Of a stretch of 64,000 bases of DNA, positions 63,518-64,000 are shown one piece after another. A model generated the notes under the pieces. The model made no database searches. It was not told the origin of the DNA and saw only the letters and a list, made by a program, of their open reading frames with translations. This DNA comes from Candidatus Latescibacterota bacterium (GTDB taxonomy: Bacteria; Latescibacterota; UBA2968; UBA8231): NCBI GenBank assembly GCA_965204725.1, contig OZ242005.1, positions 4,864,001 through 4,928,000 on the forward strand, given 5' to 3'. A program made the translations under genes and the position numbers. Each line of letters starts with the position of its first letter. Within the stretch, counting starts at the first letter, position 1.

Positions 63518-64000
63518 TTACCTTAGGTCCTCAACGGTCTCTCCCTGCCGGTACGATCCCAAGAGGCGGACGAACTCGGTGGTCTCTCGCAGGTGCTCCA
63601 CAGCTTGGGCGCAAGCCGCCTGCTCCAAGTGGCCCGCCAAATCGAGATAGAAGACGTATTCCCAAGGCCGGTCGGGCATGGGCCGCGACTCGATTTTGAG
63701 CAGGTTGATGCCGCGCTCGGCAAAGGCCGCGAGGCTCCGGCACAGCGCACCCGGCACGTGCTTTAGCCCAAAGACGAGCGTAGCTTTGGCTGGATCGGCC
63801 GGCGCGGGCGCAGCGCGGCGGCTCACCACCAAAAAGCGCGTAAAATTGTGCGGCGCGTCCTCAATGCCGGAGACGAGAATCTCCAGCCCGTACGCGGCGG
63901 CCGCTTGCGTTCCGGCTATGGCTCCTCGATCGCGCACGCCGCTGGCGGCCAGCTCTTTGACCGCGCCGGCCGTATCATCCGTCGCTATCGTCTGAGCACC
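63518..64000 (-). CDS. pheA: Prephenate dehydratase, 3' part (5' end outside the window)
   Basis: IEDAPHNFTRF, PGAL..L..FAERGINLLKIESRP..WEYVFYLD (ACT domain). Confidence 0.9.
   Translation of the reverse strand, partial: GAQTIATDDTAGAVKELAASGVRDRGAIAGTQAAAAYGLEILVSGIEDAPHNFTRFLVVSRRAAPAPADPAKATLVFGLKHVPGALCRSLAAFAERGINLLKIESRPMPDRPWEYVFYLDLAGHLEQAACAQAVEHLRETTEFVRLLGSYRQGETVEDLR

Overview
GC-rich bacterial DNA. The many secreted proteins ending in an NYPNPFNP/FlgD-type tail suggest an FCB-related lineage such as Latescibacterota or Gemmatimonadota (inference only). The flanks (1-6.8 kb and 40-64 kb) are mostly ordinary metabolism: psd, uxuA, aldo/keto reductases, prpD, an enolase-superfamily enzyme, a sugar ABC transporter and a partial pheA, plus a large Ig-repeat surface protein. 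The centre (about 6.8-36.7 kb) is a 30 kb co-oriented locus that I cannot match to a described system. It has a soluble beta-propeller/sigma54 activator and a duplicated enhancer plus -24/-12 promoter. Downstream come a FlaK-like A24 peptidase (no pilus genes in the window), a flavinylation-motif CxxC protein and two membrane-anchored thioredoxin-fold proteins. Six genes encode seven copies of a 4-Cys, Tyr/Trp/His-rich peptide core behind a conserved leader, either free or fused to a FlgD-type tail. The locus also has five FG-GAP propeller proteins (four with hypervariable loops), two DUF4159-like proteins, a TPR protein, a GT1-transglutaminase fusion, a GT2 and a stand-alone copy of the activator HTH. 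It is best read as a candidate RiPP-like or secreted disulfide (glyco)peptide diversification and display system. All functional assignments come from motifs read by eye; no database searches were run.
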